Of a stretch of 64,000 nt of DNA, positions 61,813 to 64,000 are shown piece by piece (the stretch's first letter is position 1; the number at the start of each line of letters is the position of its first letter). Made by a program: the position numbers and the translations under genes. Location: contig CAVWCX010000027.1 in NCBI GenBank assembly GCA_963753595.1, forward strand, positions 32,001-96,000, written 5' to 3'. This stretch comes from Candidatus Methanoperedenaceae archaeon. Lineage in GTDB: Archaea > Halobacteriota > Methanosarcinia > Methanosarcinales > Methanoperedenaceae. The notes under the pieces are model-generated. The model worked only from the letters and a program-made list of their open reading frames with translations, ran no database searches and was not told the DNA's origin.

Positions 61813-62465
61813 AGATAGCAATACTTGGAGGTACAGGCAGCATCGGGGAAGGATTTTCACTGCGATGGGCAGGAAAACATGATATACTGGTTTGTTCCCG
61901 CGAAATTGATAAAGCAGTCAATGCAGCAGAAGAGTACACAAATATACTTTTATACAGGGGGATGCAATGTTGCGGTATTACAGGATGCGGGAACGAGAAA
62001 GCTGTTGAAGAAGCTGATGTGGTTGTGCTTTCCGTGCCCTACAAGGGTGTGGTTTCCCTTTTAGAAAAACTATTACCATCTTTTAAAGATCAGATCGTTA
62101 TCTCGCTCGTGGTTCCTATGGCCAGGAATGGCATGTTTGAATACACTCCGCCTGAACAGGGAAGCGCAGCACTTGAGATACAGGATATCCTTCCTAAAAC
62201 CGTTAAAGTTGTATCATCATATCATAATGTTTCAGCTAGAAAACTTGCCAAACTTGAATTGAGTCTTGAGTATGATGTTGTAGTCTGCGGTGATGACAAA
62301 AATGCAAAGCAAACAGTTATGGAACTCACACGGGAAATAAAATCCCTTCGCCCTCTTGATGGCGGTGGTCTTGCATCTTCGTATATGATCGAGTCCCTGA
62401 CGCCTTTCTTGATAAATCTCGCTATCCGCAATGGGCTTTCTGACCTTGGCGTTAAGTTTGTATGA
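61809..62465 (+). CDS. npdG: F420H2:NADP+ oxidoreductase
   Basis: ILGGTGSIG, SYHNVSA, ESLTPFLIN. Confidence 0.93.
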   Translation: MKIAILGGTGSIGEGFSLRWAGKHDILVCSREIDKAVNAAEEYTNILLYRGMQCCGITGCGNEKAVEEADVVVLSVPYKGVVSLLEKLLPSFKDQIVISLVVPMARNGMFEYTPPEQGSAALEIQDILPKTVKVVSSYHNVSARKLAKLELSLEYDVVVCGDDKNAKQTVMELTREIKSLRPLDGGGLASSYMIESLTPFLINLAIRNGLSDLGVKFV

Positions 62466-63067
62466 AAAAGATATATGATCTGCTCCTTGGTGAACTTGGC
62501 CACAGGAATTGGTGGCCCGCAGATACACCTTTTGAGGTTGTTATCGGAGCGGTTCTCACACAGCAGACCAGGTGGGAGAATGTGGAAAGGGCAATAAAGA
62601 ACCTGAAAGATCATAGCCTGTTAGAAGCATATCCTCTTTCAAAGGTCAAAACTGAAGAACTGGAAGAGCTTATAAGATGTACTGGATTTTACAGGCAAAA
62701 AGCTATGAGATTAAAAAATATTTCGGCATTTTTCAATAAAAATCCTGACATTCTTGAAAAACCTTCAGACGAACTTCGCAAGATCATGCTTTCACTGAAT
62801 GGAATAGGAGAAGAAACAGCGGACAGTATTGTCTTATATGCGGCAGATAAACCAAAATTCGTGATCGATGCCTATACAAAAAGGATGTGCAAATGCATGG
62901 GGATAGAAGGAGATTATGGAAAACTCCAATCGGTCTTTGAGAGTTCGCTGCCAGGGGATGTTCCACTTTATAAGGAATTCCATGCACTCATTGTTGAATA
63001 TGGAAAGCAATTCTGCGGAAAAAAACGCTGCATTGATTGTATACTGGTAGAAAATGGCAAAATGTAA
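62462..63067 (+). CDS. Endonuclease III-like HhH-GPD protein
   Basis: WWPA, GAVLTQQT, GIGEETAD, FVIDAY, C-x4-CIDC. Confidence 0.9.
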   Translation: MKKIYDLLLGELGHRNWWPADTPFEVVIGAVLTQQTRWENVERAIKNLKDHSLLEAYPLSKVKTEELEELIRCTGFYRQKAMRLKNISAFFNKNPDILEKPSDELRKIMLSLNGIGEETADSIVLYAADKPKFVIDAYTKRMCKCMGIEGDYGKLQSVFESSLPGDVPLYKEFHALIVEYGKQFCGKKRCIDCILVENGKM

Positions 63068-64000
63068 CAACATCCTCATTCGCGATATCCCCCTTTTCGG
63101 GTGCATTGCATTCGGTATCATTGACCGCGGGACGAACGTATTGCAGGTTCGCCCGATCAGTGAATGTCCTATTTCCTGTATTTTTTGTTCAACAGATGCC
63201 GGTCCTTATTCAAAGCAGAGGATATCGGAATATATGGTTGATCTTGCGCAACTGCTTTCTGCTTTTGAATGGGCAACATCTTATAAAGAGATCGATGACA
63301 TTGAAGCCCATATCGATACGGTTGGAGAGCCTTCAATGTATCCGCAACTGGTTGAACTCGTAAACCTGCTATCTAAAAACAAGAATGTCAAGACCATTTC
63401 CATGCAGACAAATGGCGTTCTGTTGAACACGAAACTCATAGATGAACTGGATAATGCCGGATTGTCCCGGATCAATATGTCAATTGAAGCGCTTGACCCG
63501 GAACTTGCAAAAAGGATCTCAGGAGTTGATTCTTATAATATTGAAAAAGTTCGAAAAACTGCCGAATATATCGCCATGAATACTGATATTGACCTTCTTA
63601 TCGCCCCGGTGTGGCTTCCTGGCATAAATGATGAAGAGATCCCGAAATTGATCGAATTCGCGCTTAAGACAGGCGCAGGTAAAAAATGGCCGGCTCTTGG
63701 GATACAGAAATTCCTTTCCCATAAGAACGGGAGGAAACCTGATGTGAAAGTGATGAGCTGGGAAAAATTCTATTCACAGCTTGAGGAATGGGAAGAGAAA
63801 ATTCCAGACAAAGCTAATTCTTTCCCCGAATGATTTTGGAAGCCATGACTGCAAAGCGCTTCCGAGGATGTTCAAGAGAAATGAAAAAGTAAAAGTGAAA
63901 GTCATAGGACCGGGCTGGATGAAGGGTGAAAAACTTGCGATTGCAAGAGACAGGGTTTTGACGATCGTAGATGCCGGGAATATCCCTGTGGGAAAAGAGA
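63054..64000 (+). CDS. Radical SAM protein (COG2100-like), frameshift near 63800, runs off right edge
   Basis: FGIIDRGTN, CPISCIFC, GEP; continues as FQTKLILSPNDFG...GPGWMKGE after removal of one A. Confidence 0.85.

Overview
Chromosomal window from a Methanosarcinales-type archaeon. The cofG/cofH/npdG F420 genes, menG, nadX and archaeal information-processing genes suggest a Ca. Methanoperedens-like organism (inference only). Housekeeping blocks include hel308, pheS, cofGH, nadC/nadX/tatC, the priS-GINS-rpl44e-rps27e-aIF2a-nop10-PAC2 operon, dapF, aglJ-npdG and three tRNAs (Leu-TAA, Pro-TGG, Arg-CCG). Between them lie eroded accessory tracts that the ORF track misses: a decayed MNT-HEPN pair (3644-4361), an internally deleted GxxExxY nuclease gene (15965-16197), gene scraps, an ADP-forming acetate-CoA ligase pseudogene, and a collapsed type I R-M locus whose repeated putative hsdS tails bracket an intact HEPN-MNT module. 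The most unusual signal is a set of dispersed, short-period (9-10 nt) imperfect palindromes that nest in one another and abut the GxxExxY relic. Other candidates are a ~70-nt sRNA with an anti-SD-like loop, a pilin-less T4P/T2SS ATPase-TadC pair divergent from a HerA-like ATPase, and a minimal diadenylate cyclase. Several single-base frameshifts in otherwise intact genes are probably sequencing errors.
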